DNA of 64,000 bases from Candidatus Kapaibacterium sp. (GTDB lineage Bacteria > Bacteroidota > Ignavibacteria > Kapaibacteriales > UBA2268). Each line of letters begins with the position of its first letter. Positions within the stretch are counted from its first letter, which is position 1. The DNA lies in the NCBI GenBank assembly GCA_963664875.1, contig OY761611.1, positions 2,560,001 through 2,624,000 on the forward strand, written 5' to 3'. Below, piece after piece: positions 52,058 through 61,438 of the stretch. The notes under the pieces were generated by a model. The model had not been told where the DNA came from. It did no database searches and was given only the letters and a program-made list of their open reading frames with translations. Position numbers and translations under genes: made by a program.

Positions 52058-52142
52058 ACAACCCGGTTTACTTGCCATAGGTAAGTAAAAATAGTTTTTT
52101 ATTGAAAGTAGATTGAAGAAATACATAATCAGCAGAGAAAAA

Positions 52143-52174
52143 CAGAGGCTGTAACGTGATTAGAACAGCCTCTG
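52143..52174. terminator. Hairpin between convergent genes
   Basis: cagaggctgt ... acagcctctg with an upstream A run. Confidence 0.65.
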
Positions 52175-52192
52175 TAGTTGATATAGAATTAT

Positions 52193-54661
52193 CTACTGCT
52201 TAATAAAACGTTTACTGATTTTTTCACCCTGATCACTAATGATTACCACTTGATAGACTCCTGTTTTAAGAGAGCTAATGTCAAAAGCGTATTTCTGCTC
52301 ACCGAAATTAGTAAGTTTGTAGTTGCCAAGAGTTTTTACTGTTCTGCCGTTTATATCGAATATTTCTATATTCACTGAGCGAGTATCTGTTGCAATAAAG
52401 CTGATATTCAGATCAAATAAGCATGGATTTGGTGCAATTTTTATATTGTGCAATGCACCTGAAGATAAATCACATATCCCAAAGAAAGACTCTTCATCAA
52501 AACCTTTACAGGCTTTTTCAGGTTCCACATTCTGATTCTCAATTTTATCTAAAATGGCCAGCTCTTTTCTGATTGATTTAGAATATCTTTCAGGCAAGGC
52601 ATTCAGGAACTCCGTTGTCGGAAGATACCAAAGGTAAACCGGACCCGGGATATTTTTAAAACCGGTTTCTATTTTTATAGGTATCAATCTATCAAGCATA
52701 GACAAATAAGGTGCATAGCTTTCAGGCTTAGAGCCAATCATCTCGAATTTTTCGCCATCATGTACATAGATTGGTAAATCAATGTCAGATTTTATGTGTT
52801 TAGAATCAAAACCATCATAATCCTGATGTTTATATAGATTCTTAATTGCCATATCCTTTGTATAATACAAATTCGGTGAATTGTAAAATGTGAACTCACT
52901 ATTTTCGGAATTGGCTACAGGCATTAAAGGGTTAAAGTTATGCAATTTCTTAGTTGTTGTAGCATCTTTGTAAGAGAATTTGAAATTTTCATTGCCGTGA
53001 GTACCTCCGCTATAAAATTCATACCCTTCTATTTCTTTTAGTTTCTCGTAACCAAATTGATAAAGATTGTGTCTGTTAACTATCTCGTCGTCTTCGTTGA
53101 TATATTCGACAAAATATGATATTTTGTTTTCGGATTTGTGGATATTTAGTTTGCTGAGTTCAACGGCATCAAGTTCTAAAGCTTTTATATCTGTATATTT
53201 TGTTTTGTCTTCTTTGAGTAAAGTGAGCAAAAGTTTTACTTCGTTGTTGTTTGTAGCAATTTTATTTAGCATACTAATATTTTTTTCAGGGCTTTTAGAA
53301 ACATTTTTAATCGTGCTTTTTGGAAGTCTCTTGCTCAAATAAGCTGAAATTTTAGACAGTCCGGAAGACCTTATTTGTTCAACTACTCCGTTTGATTTTG
53401 TTCCGTATATTGGCAAATGATTGGGTATAAAGCTAATCTTTGTCCAAGGGAGTTTTGCATTTTTATCTATAAATATAGCTATTTGCTTTCCGCTGTCTGT
53501 AAAATAATCACTATCAGTAATCTGATATTTATGTGCTATATCAGCTTGATATCTCTTTGGTAGCTTAGATGCCAGTTCCTTATTTAGTAAAAACCAACCT
53601 TCCAGAAGAATTGTAGCATCATCATTATCTATCGGTATTATTATTTTTACAAATTTTTTGAATACCTCTGCGGACTTATAACTAGTATCTACATAAAAAT
53701 GTGAATAATCCTCATATAGTTTTTCTCCAATTATAAGATCAGTCTTATAAAGAGAAATCTTTCTTAGATAATCATCTGACATATATTTACTCAGTTGAAA
53801 CGGAGGTGAAAGTGTAACCGCCATCTGAGCTGAATAACTATCAAAAAAAGTATTCTTAATTTTGAAATGATTCAAGGATATTGCATTGATATCACTTATC
53901 TGCATTTTAATGGCATCTGATTTATCAATAATGTCCGTATTCGCGGGAGCGTCGTTATCAGGTTCAATTGTGATTAGCTCATAAACTATAGAGTCCGATT
54001 TGAGGTTATACCCTTTATCTTCAAAACGTTCTATAAAATGATTCGATGCTTCATCATAATCTTTTTTAGAGATATAGTTGTTCTCAAAAGGCAAATCAAT
54101 CCTGGCTTTATGTCTGAATAGAATCTTATCATCTTTATATCTAAAGCCTATGTTTTGTGCTTCTTGTTTTGAGAGAACGATGATTGGGTAACCCATTAGT
54201 GTGTTTTGTTTTTTAGGTGTGGTCTTGTTGTCGTCTTCAAAAAGCCCGGAAATGCCATTGCTCGTATAAGCAAAGAAGTTGTTGTTCTGATTCGAAAAAT
54301 CACCCATATCAAAATCGGGTGATGAGATATTTGTTCCGGCTGGTTGAGATTTTGATGCACCAGTAAGCCGATTATCACCAATATTTTGAATTTTGCTATC
54401 CAAAGAACTTGTCTTTTTCGATTGCTCATCTTGTTGTGTTTTTGTATTTAGTAAGTAAAAGGTTGTAAACAACAACCCTACCGCAGCTAAAGATAATAAT
54501 TTCATTATAGGTCTCCTGAAAAAATTGGCTTGAAGATTTATATTGCCAATGTCTACGCTCGGAGTGTTTCCGCAGAATTTTTCAATCTCTATCATCTCAT
54601 AAAATGGCTCGCGATTTAGGGATTTTTTTGCGATATATAAATAATGATTTAGGGTTTTCAT
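52193..54661 (-). CDS. Anti-sigma-like single-pass membrane protein with a duplicated extracytoplasmic domain and T9SS-like CTD
   Basis: About 50-aa soluble N-terminus, TM LLSLAAVGLLFTTFYLL, S/Q/N linker, two W..[LP]..E....LP.RY repeats, APNP...IFDINGR...GVYQV...KRFIKQ; ATGA overlap with the sigma gene. Confidence 0.7.
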   Translation of the reverse strand: MKTLNHYLYIAKKSLNREPFYEMIEIEKFCGNTPSVDIGNINLQANFFRRPIMKLLSLAAVGLLFTTFYLLNTKTQQDEQSKKTSSLDSKIQNIGDNRLTGASKSQPAGTNISSPDFDMGDFSNQNNNFFAYTSNGISGLFEDDNKTTPKKQNTLMGYPIIVLSKQEAQNIGFRYKDDKILFRHKARIDLPFENNYISKKDYDEASNHFIERFEDKGYNLKSDSIVYELITIEPDNDAPANTDIIDKSDAIKMQISDINAISLNHFKIKNTFFDSYSAQMAVTLSPPFQLSKYMSDDYLRKISLYKTDLIIGEKLYEDYSHFYVDTSYKSAEVFKKFVKIIIPIDNDDATILLEGWFLLNKELASKLPKRYQADIAHKYQITDSDYFTDSGKQIAIFIDKNAKLPWTKISFIPNHLPIYGTKSNGVVEQIRSSGLSKISAYLSKRLPKSTIKNVSKSPEKNISMLNKIATNNNEVKLLLTLLKEDKTKYTDIKALELDAVELSKLNIHKSENKISYFVEYINEDDEIVNRHNLYQFGYEKLKEIEGYEFYSGGTHGNENFKFSYKDATTTKKLHNFNPLMPVANSENSEFTFYNSPNLYYTKDMAIKNLYKHQDYDGFDSKHIKSDIDLPIYVHDGEKFEMIGSKPESYAPYLSMLDRLIPIKIETGFKNIPGPVYLWYLPTTEFLNALPERYSKSIRKELAILDKIENQNVEPEKACKGFDEESFFGICDLSSGALHNIKIAPNPCLFDLNISFIATDTRSVNIEIFDINGRTVKTLGNYKLTNFGEQKYAFDISSLKTGVYQVVIISDQGEKISKRFIKQ

Positions 54662-55206
54662 AGTAATCCTCGCAAATTTGATAGAGCATTTGTATATTTT
54701 TGATTGGATTTATTATGCGGAACTGCGTTTAATAATTTTGCCAGTTGTTTTTTGGCTCTGTAGATTTTAACTTTGATGTTTGCCACCGAACATTGCTGAG
54801 CAAGTGCGATTTCTTTATGAGAAAAGCCTTCTATTTCAGCAAGGACAAGAGCTTCTGCTTTATCTGAATCTATTTCAGATAGTGCAACATAAAGCTCTTT
54901 GATAGTTAATATATCTTCCGGTGTTTCCGCATTAGAAAACATCTCATCAAACTCAATAATGTCTATTAACTTGAACCTATAAGTTTTGCGATATTTTTCT
55001 ATATTTACCCTGCGCGCTATGGTAAATAAGAAACTAAGCAATGCCTTTTTAGAGTGCAAAGTTTCGATGCGTTCGTAAGCTATCATCACTGTTTCAGCAA
55101 CAATATCCTTTGCATCTTCCTTATCGCCCGTCAGGCAAAGAGAAAATCTTTCCAACTTAGGCTTCAAAGGCTCGAAAAGTTCCAAAAAATCTGATTTGTT
55201 CAGCAA
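54658..55206 (-). CDS. ECF (sigma-70 group 4) RNA polymerase sigma factor
   Basis: Region 2 DAKDIVAET...FLFTIARR; region 4 EGFSHKEIA...NIKVKIYRAK; 182 aa; TTG start. Confidence 0.9.
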   Translation of the reverse strand: MLNKSDFLELFEPLKPKLERFSLCLTGDKEDAKDIVAETVMIAYERIETLHSKKALLSFLFTIARRVNIEKYRKTYRFKLIDIIEFDEMFSNAETPEDILTIKELYVALSEIDSDKAEALVLAEIEGFSHKEIALAQQCSVANIKVKIYRAKKQLAKLLNAVPHNKSNQKYTNALSNLRGLL

Positions 55207-55463
55207 ATTATTTCTCCGCGATACATTAGCATTCTATCAGGAGGTAGGATTAAATTTAAAATGGTTACACTTGTATTTTCAAATTTAAGATAAATTTAGA
55301 GATATTGAAGAAATCTGCGGCATTGCTGCAATAAAATAGTCCCATGAAAGTACGGAATCGAGTTCTATTCGATATTTGCAATTCCAAAGAAAGTATTTAG
55401 TAAGCTAAAGGTTTTTACCATATCTTTGCTAATCAAGATATCAGAAAAAATTATGGTGTAGAT

Positions 55464-56348
55464 ATGTTTGAGATAGTGATTGCAGCTTTAGTTTTTGTTG
55501 TGCTTCTTTATTTTGCTTTTTACTTTTCTTTCCGGAAAACCAAACGCAGAAAAGGCTCTGAAACAAGCCCAGAACAGAAGCAATTGCTGAACGAAAATGT
55601 TGCTTACTATAACGGATTGGACGATAACGAAAAAGTACAATTCGAAGAGAGGATTCAGGATTTTCTTGCAAATTGTAAAGTAACCGGCATCAGCTGCAGA
55701 GTAGAAGAGCTTGACCGCTTGCTTGTTGCTTCCGGAGCAATTATTCCTGTTTTTGCTTTCCCCAACTGGAAATATTATAATCTGGATGAAGTGCTAATCT
55801 ATCCCGACAGATTTGACAGCAACTATCAGACAGGAACTGAAAAGAGCAACATCCTCGGTATGGTCGGCACAGGAGTCATGGAAGGCAAAATGATTATATC
55901 AAAAAATGCACTGAGAGAGGGATTTACAATTGGCAATGATAAAAAGAACACTGCTATTCATGAGTTTGTACACCTTATAGATAAAGCGGACGGTGTAATT
56001 GACGGAATACCCAAAGCCTTACATAACAATCTATTCGCTATACCTTGGTTGAATCTGATTAAAAGAAAAATTGATGAAATTCAATCATTCGAGTCTGATA
56101 TAAATCCCTATGGAGCTACCAATAACGCAGAATTTTTTTCTGTAGCGGCAGAGTACTTTTTCGAACGACCGAAACTTTTGCAGGAAAAGCATCCTAATCT
56201 TTACGCCTCACTAGAAAAAATCTTCCTGAAGCAGATGAGTAAAAAAGAATTAAAGACATACAATATCAAATCAATTGGCAGAAATGAAGATTGTCCTTGC
56301 GGATCGGGCAAAAAGTTTAAAAAGTGTTGTGGTAGGCTGGCAAGTTAG
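55464..56348 (+). CDS. M90/MtfA-like zinc peptidase with C-terminal SEC-C motif
   Basis: EVLIYP, HEFVH, YGATNNAEFFSVAAEYFFERP, GRNEDCPCGSGKKFKKCC. Confidence 0.88.
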   Translation: MFEIVIAALVFVVLLYFAFYFSFRKTKRRKGSETSPEQKQLLNENVAYYNGLDDNEKVQFEERIQDFLANCKVTGISCRVEELDRLLVASGAIIPVFAFPNWKYYNLDEVLIYPDRFDSNYQTGTEKSNILGMVGTGVMEGKMIISKNALREGFTIGNDKKNTAIHEFVHLIDKADGVIDGIPKALHNNLFAIPWLNLIKRKIDEIQSFESDINPYGATNNAEFFSVAAEYFFERPKLLQEKHPNLYASLEKIFLKQMSKKELKTYNIKSIGRNEDCPCGSGKKFKKCCGRLAS

Positions 56349-56543
56349 TCTTTTCATTCTCTTTGCAAAGCAAGAGATTATTTATGGAATACAATATATG
56401 CCATAATGTGTCGCTTATCTTTCCATAAGTGAGACTATTTATCCTCAATACAATTTATGAGTTGTAATTTTAAGTCTTTTCTGCTTATTTGCATGTATTG
56501 ATTAAATCAACTGAACAATAAACTATATAGGTCTTATATTATT

Positions 56544-57626
56544 ATGGCAAAAGATATCAAAAAAGCGCCTGAGACTCCACAATCAGACAAAATGAAGGCT
56601 ATTGCGTTTGCCATGGAGCAAATCGAAAAAGCTCACGGTAAAGGTTCTATAATGAAACTGAGCCAAAAAAAGGTGGCAGATGTTGCGTCGATTTCCACAG
56701 GATGTATTTCGCTGGATGCAGCGATTGGTGTTGGTGGTGTACCTCGCGGCAGAATAATAGAAATTTTTGGACCTGAATCTTCCGGGAAGACTACTATATG
56801 TCTGCATATCATTGCAGAAGCGCAAAAACGTGGTGGTATGGCTGCCTTTGTGGACACCGAACATGCCTTAGATGTAAACTATGCAGAACGTCTTGGTTTA
56901 GATGTCGATAATTTGCTTCTTTCTCAGCCGGAATTTGGCGAGCAGGCTCTGGAAATAGTAGAGACACTTGTCAGAAGTAATGCCATTGATGTAATAGTTG
57001 TCGATTCTGTTGCGGCTCTTACCCCAAGAGTAGAGATAGAAGGCGACATGGGTGATGCTCAAATGGGTTCGCAGGCAAGGCTTATGTCGCAGGCGATGAG
57101 AAAATTGAATGCTGCTATCGGCAAATCAAATACAACTGTGATTTTCACTAATCAGTTGCGTTCTAAAATCGGTGTGGTTTACGGCAATCCTGAAACAACT
57201 ACCGGCGGGAACGCTCTCAAATTTTACGCGTCCGTAAGAATTGATATCAGACGAAAAGAGATAATCAAAGATGGCTCTGAAATGGTCGGTAACAGAGTAA
57301 AAGTAAAGATTGTAAAAAACAAAGTTGCTCCACCTTTCAAAGAAGTAGAATTTGATATCATGTACAATGAAGGCATCTCGAAAATTGGTGATTTAATTGA
57401 CGTAGGTACTGAGCATGGAGTAATAGCAAAAAGTGGTTCTTGGTACACTTACAGATCCGAAAGAGTGCAGGGACGAGATGGCTTACGCAAGATAATGGCA
57501 GAAAATCCTGAAATATTCGAACAATTAGAAAATGATGTAAAGGTTGCTTTAAAAATGGTTGCACCAAATCCTGACGCAGAATCTAATAGTGGCAGCACCG
57601 AACCTGCTGACCAAGCTGCAGAATAG
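56544..57626 (+). CDS. recA: Recombinase RecA
   Basis: [46 protein letters not shown]. Confidence 0.99.
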   Translation: MAKDIKKAPETPQSDKMKAIAFAMEQIEKAHGKGSIMKLSQKKVADVASISTGCISLDAAIGVGGVPRGRIIEIFGPESSGKTTICLHIIAEAQKRGGMAAFVDTEHALDVNYAERLGLDVDNLLLSQPEFGEQALEIVETLVRSNAIDVIVVDSVAALTPRVEIEGDMGDAQMGSQARLMSQAMRKLNAAIGKSNTTVIFTNQLRSKIGVVYGNPETTTGGNALKFYASVRIDIRRKEIIKDGSEMVGNRVKVKIVKNKVAPPFKEVEFDIMYNEGISKIGDLIDVGTEHGVIAKSGSWYTYRSERVQGRDGLRKIMAENPEIFEQLENDVKVALKMVAPNPDAESNSGSTEPADQAAE

Positions 57627-57682
57627 AGATATTGTGCCAAGAAAAATTAGCTGACATTTAAGTTAGTAATAGTTTTAATCAG

Positions 57683-57733
57683 AAAAGATATAACCCTAAA
57701 CAGGATCAGTTATTGGGTTATATCTTTTTTTTT
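57683..57733 (+). terminator. recA terminator
   Basis: aaaagatataaccc...gggttatatcttttttttt. Confidence 0.8.
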
Positions 57734-57870
57734 ATCACAGAGTCAGCAATCAAATCAATTTTTGGTTAAGAGGTGAGTATGTAGTATAAATTATAGTTAA
57801 ATATAGCACTTGCGTAATTAAATAAGATTGTGTTTCGTTATATTGCATATAGATATTTTTCAAAGGGGGA

Positions 57871-59001
57871 ATGTGTATGATTTTGTATGCATTTTTCTTT
57901 GGAGTAACATTACTGCTTGGGCTTACCGGCTGCAACACCGTCTCAGTAGATTTAAGCCCAAAGACGCTCCAAAGAATAGAGAAATCGCCGAATTACAGAG
58001 ACGGAAAGTTCCACAACCTAAGCGAATCGCCGAGCATCGCCACATCAATCATCGAGCTAACCACAGACGCTCTGTTTCAAGAATCCAATAACTCAGTACC
58101 GCCTTTTGTACCGAAATATAATAGCCTCTCCAAAGAAACCTTAGACTCTCTCGACTGCAATTCCAATTTTGTAATTAGGCTATGCCATTCAACGGTGCTG
58201 CTAAAAATTCAAGGTAAATATATACTCACAGACCCAATATTTAGTAATTCTCCTTCGCCATTTAGCTTAGTGCATTTACAACGCTTCCATCCTTCTCCGA
58301 TTTCAATTGAGAATTTGCCTGAAATTGATATAGTGATCATCTCGCATGACCACTACGACCATCTCGACAGACCGAGCATAGAAAAGTTAATCGGCAAAGT
58401 TAAACATTTTGTTACACCGCTTGCAGTTGGCGATTATCTAAGAGAGTGGGGCGTACAAGATGAGCTGATTACCGAATTAGATTGGTGGGAAAGTGTTGCG
58501 ATTGAAGACTTTATTATAACTGCGACTCCAGCGCGCCATGGTTCCGGGAGAGGAATTAGCGATAATCATACATTATGGGCATCGTTCTGTATTTACAATC
58601 CGGAATTCAAATTCTTTTATTCCGGCGATACAGGTATTATGCCTACCTTCTCAGAAATTGGCAACAAATATGGCCCTTTCGATTTGACTATGATACAGCT
58701 TGGGGCTTATTCAGAGCATTGGGCGTATATGCACATGACACCTGAAGAGGCAGTAGAAGTACACAAAATGGTGTATGGCAATTATATGCTACCTGTTCAT
58801 TGGGGGACTTTCAATCTTGCATATCATGCATGGGACGAACCAATAGTGCGGGCTAAAAAAGCTGCTAATGCTGAAAACATTTCACTCATTACAGCATTGC
58901 CCGGGGAAGTTACAGAGATAAAAACTATCAGACAACTCGCAGAAAAAAAGACAGAAGGTATAGTAGAAAATGAGGTAATAATAAAGGAAAGTGCCGATTA
59001 G
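57871..59001 (+). CDS. MBL-fold metallohydrolase (RomA/NAPE-PLD-like), probable lipoprotein
   Basis: LTGC lipobox, LTDPIFS, SHDHYDHLD, PARHGSGR, SGDTG, PVHWGTF. Confidence 0.88.
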   Translation: MCMILYAFFFGVTLLLGLTGCNTVSVDLSPKTLQRIEKSPNYRDGKFHNLSESPSIATSIIELTTDALFQESNNSVPPFVPKYNSLSKETLDSLDCNSNFVIRLCHSTVLLKIQGKYILTDPIFSNSPSPFSLVHLQRFHPSPISIENLPEIDIVIISHDHYDHLDRPSIEKLIGKVKHFVTPLAVGDYLREWGVQDELITELDWWESVAIEDFIITATPARHGSGRGISDNHTLWASFCIYNPEFKFFYSGDTGIMPTFSEIGNKYGPFDLTMIQLGAYSEHWAYMHMTPEEAVEVHKMVYGNYMLPVHWGTFNLAYHAWDEPIVRAKKAANAENISLITALPGEVTEIKTIRQLAEKKTEGIVENEVIIKESAD

Positions 59002-59069
59002 GATATGTTACTATCCAAATCGACAACGTTCCTCACAAAATAATCTATAGCTTATGAGCTTCTGTAAAG

Positions 59070-59834
59070 CTAATAAGAATTCCTTTGTCGCAGTACTTCA
59101 TAGAGCATTATTGCAGCAGAAACAGAAGCATTTAGAGATTCTATTTTCCCTTTTAGTGGGATGCTGACTTTGTAGTCACATGTTTTAGCAACATTTGTCT
59201 GCATGCCTGTGCCTTCCGATCCAATGATTAGAATAATTGGGTCGCGGTAGAGGTCATCTGTATATTGATTTTGAGACCCTGCAGCAGTTCCAATCACCTT
59301 AAAACCTTCCATTTTAAGCATTTTCAGAGTTTGAGCCATATTAGGGACTCTGCAGACAGGCAAATGTTCCAGAGCACCTGCTGATGTTTTTAAGGCAGTT
59401 GGGGTAACCGGAGAAGCTCCCGAGCTTTGGATAATTATTCCGGCAGCACCTGAACATTCAGCTGAGCGTGCAATTGCTCCGAGGTTATGTGGGTCGCTAA
59501 TCTCGTCTAATGCAACTATCACAGGAGAGTCGCTTTTGCTATACGCCTGATTGATAAATTCTTCCAATTCATAAAACCTGATAAGTTGCTTTAAGGCAAT
59601 CACTCCCTGCGATTTGAACTGTGCAACTCCTGCCTTTTTTTCCAATTCGGAAAATTTGCGTTTGTCATGTTTAACGATTGGAACTCCTTTCTTTTTGGCA
59701 AGAGTATAGATATTATCTATTGGCTCTCCGGCAGCTCCGAACATAACAAAAACTTTTTCAGGGAGAGAATCTTCAGAGTTCAGAGCTTCTATAATGGCAT
59801 TTCTGCCGTAGATATATGCTGTTTTGGTATCCAT
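59070..59834 (-). CDS. rlmB: 23S rRNA (G2251-2'-O)-methyltransferase
   Basis: YGRNAIIEAL, LDEISDPHNLGAIARSA, GSEGTG, IP..G.IESLNASVSA. Confidence 0.9.
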   Translation of the reverse strand: MDTKTAYIYGRNAIIEALNSEDSLPEKVFVMFGAAGEPIDNIYTLAKKKGVPIVKHDKRKFSELEKKAGVAQFKSQGVIALKQLIRFYELEEFINQAYSKSDSPVIVALDEISDPHNLGAIARSAECSGAAGIIIQSSGASPVTPTALKTSAGALEHLPVCRVPNMAQTLKMLKMEGFKVIGTAAGSQNQYTDDLYRDPIILIIGSEGTGMQTNVAKTCDYKVSIPLKGKIESLNASVSAAIMLYEVLRQRNSY

Positions 59835-59954
59835 TACGAACCGGTTAATATTAAAAAACTTTATTTATCTGCATAGTTTGTGTAAAATTGCAGTTAGCAA
59901 ATTTGCGATACTGCAAATATATATAATTTAATGTCAAATATTTTGGGTAATAAA

Positions 59955-60302
59955 ATGCAGATAGAAACTTTTGAAAACCCGAGCATGGGAAGAGATTACG
60001 AAATTACTCATATCAATAACGAATTTACATCTGTATGCCCTAAAACAGGTTTACCTGATTTTGGAAAAGTAATTATCAGATATGTGCCTGATGAGCTATG
60101 CTTAGAGCTTAAAGCTTTGAAATACTATTTCCTTGAATTTAGAAATATGGGTATTTTTTACGAAGCAATTACTAATAAAATATTAGATGACTTAGTGGAA
60201 GCATGCAATCCTAAATATATGGAAATTATTACCGAATGGAGTGTACGCGGCGGTATGCATTCACAAATAAAAGCAAATTATACCAAAGAAGGTAGTAAAT
60301 AA
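59955..60302 (+). CDS. queF: NADPH-dependent preQ0 reductase (type I)
   Basis: EFTSVCPKTGLPDF, ELKALKYY, RGG. Likely start ATG 59955. Confidence 0.93.
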   Translation: MQIETFENPSMGRDYEITHINNEFTSVCPKTGLPDFGKVIIRYVPDELCLELKALKYYFLEFRNMGIFYEAITNKILDDLVEACNPKYMEIITEWSVRGGMHSQIKANYTKEGSK

Positions 60303-60727
60303 TGCTTACAAAAATAGCCAAAGAATTCAAATGGGAAATGAGTCATCGGCTGTCATTCCACCAGGGACCATGCAGAAATATACATGGACACACTTACCGG
60401 ATGGTGTTTGAAGCAGAGGGAACTTTAGACGAAAATTCTATGGTTTTAGATTACTACCATGTCGAACAAATAATTCGCCCATGGATAGACAAATTAGACC
60501 ATGCTTTTTTGTGCGATGAAAAGGACGATCTGATGATAAACTTTCTATCGCAGAATGGTTTTAAAATGCACATCATGCCTTATGTTTCTACAGCTGAAAA
60601 TATGGTAACATATTTCCTCGATATTTTTGCAGAGGAATTTCGAAGATTCGATAATATAAGCAGTATCAAAGTTAGAATACTTGAGACTGAAGATGTCTAT
60701 GCAGAGAGAATCGTTTCTCTTATTTGA
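60302..60727 (+). CDS. queD: 6-carboxy-5,6,7,8-tetrahydropterin synthase
   Basis: SHRL...CRNIHGHTY, LDH, STAEN, ET; TAATG overlap with queF. Confidence 0.9.
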   Translation: MLTKIAKEFKWEMSHRLSFHQGPCRNIHGHTYRMVFEAEGTLDENSMVLDYYHVEQIIRPWIDKLDHAFLCDEKDDLMINFLSQNGFKMHIMPYVSTAENMVTYFLDIFAEEFRRFDNISSIKVRILETEDVYAERIVSLI

Positions 60728-60876
60728 TAAAATGCTATATATGTCAATTTTTATTGCCACTTTAATAATTAAAGTGGCTTTTTTTATTAATATCTTTATA
60801 TTGCCAGTAAGTTGTATAAAGTATTTCTTTTATTTATATTGTGAGATATTTTATTGTAATTATCTCAGAAGTAAAT

Positions 60877-61434
60877 ATGAACAAGCGAGAATTAATATTC
60901 AAAACCGCACTACCACTATTTGATGAACTTGGTTTTTCCGGTACAACCACTGCAAAGATTGCCAAAGAAGCAGGCATTGGCTCAGGTACTTTATTTCTTT
61001 ACTTTCAGTCAAAAGAGGAGCTACTTTCTGAGCTGTACTTTGAAATAAAAGAAGAAATGATTCAAGCGATCAAACAGAATATGGACGAATCACAACCATG
61101 TGCATCTCAGATGAGAAGCATTTGGGAAGGTGTGATGTATTGGGGTGTTGTCAATCAGCTCAAATACTCTTTCCTAAATCAGTTTAGTTATTCTCAGCAT
61201 TTTCGTAATCTCGCAAAAAGCCGCTCTGCTATTGGATTCGATTATCTCGCAGAGTGCTTTGCTAAAATGCTTGCCAATCCGGAGCATGTGTCTTTAGTGC
61301 TGACTGCATTTTATGGACAAATATTTGCCATGGTATATCATATTATTTATCATGATGAGAGCAATAAAGAAGTGCTAACTAAAGATTCCTTCGATATATT
61401 TTGGAATGGCATCAAACACTTATTAAAAGTCTAA
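60877..61434 (+). CDS. TetR/AcrR family regulator
   Basis: GFSGTTTAKIAKEAGIGSGTLFLYFQSKEEL helix-turn-helix. Likely start ATG 60877. Confidence 0.92.
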   Translation: MNKRELIFKTALPLFDELGFSGTTTAKIAKEAGIGSGTLFLYFQSKEELLSELYFEIKEEMIQAIKQNMDESQPCASQMRSIWEGVMYWGVVNQLKYSFLNQFSYSQHFRNLAKSRSAIGFDYLAECFAKMLANPEHVSLVLTAFYGQIFAMVYHIIYHDESNKEVLTKDSFDIFWNGIKHLLKV

Positions 61435-61438
61435 GTTA

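Noticed and set aside
59955-60727. queF-queD as a 7-deazaguanine DNA modification (dpd) system
   Set aside because: No dpdA/tgt-like or other dpd gene nearby; the context is housekeeping queuosine synthesis. No preQ1 riboswitch recognised upstream.
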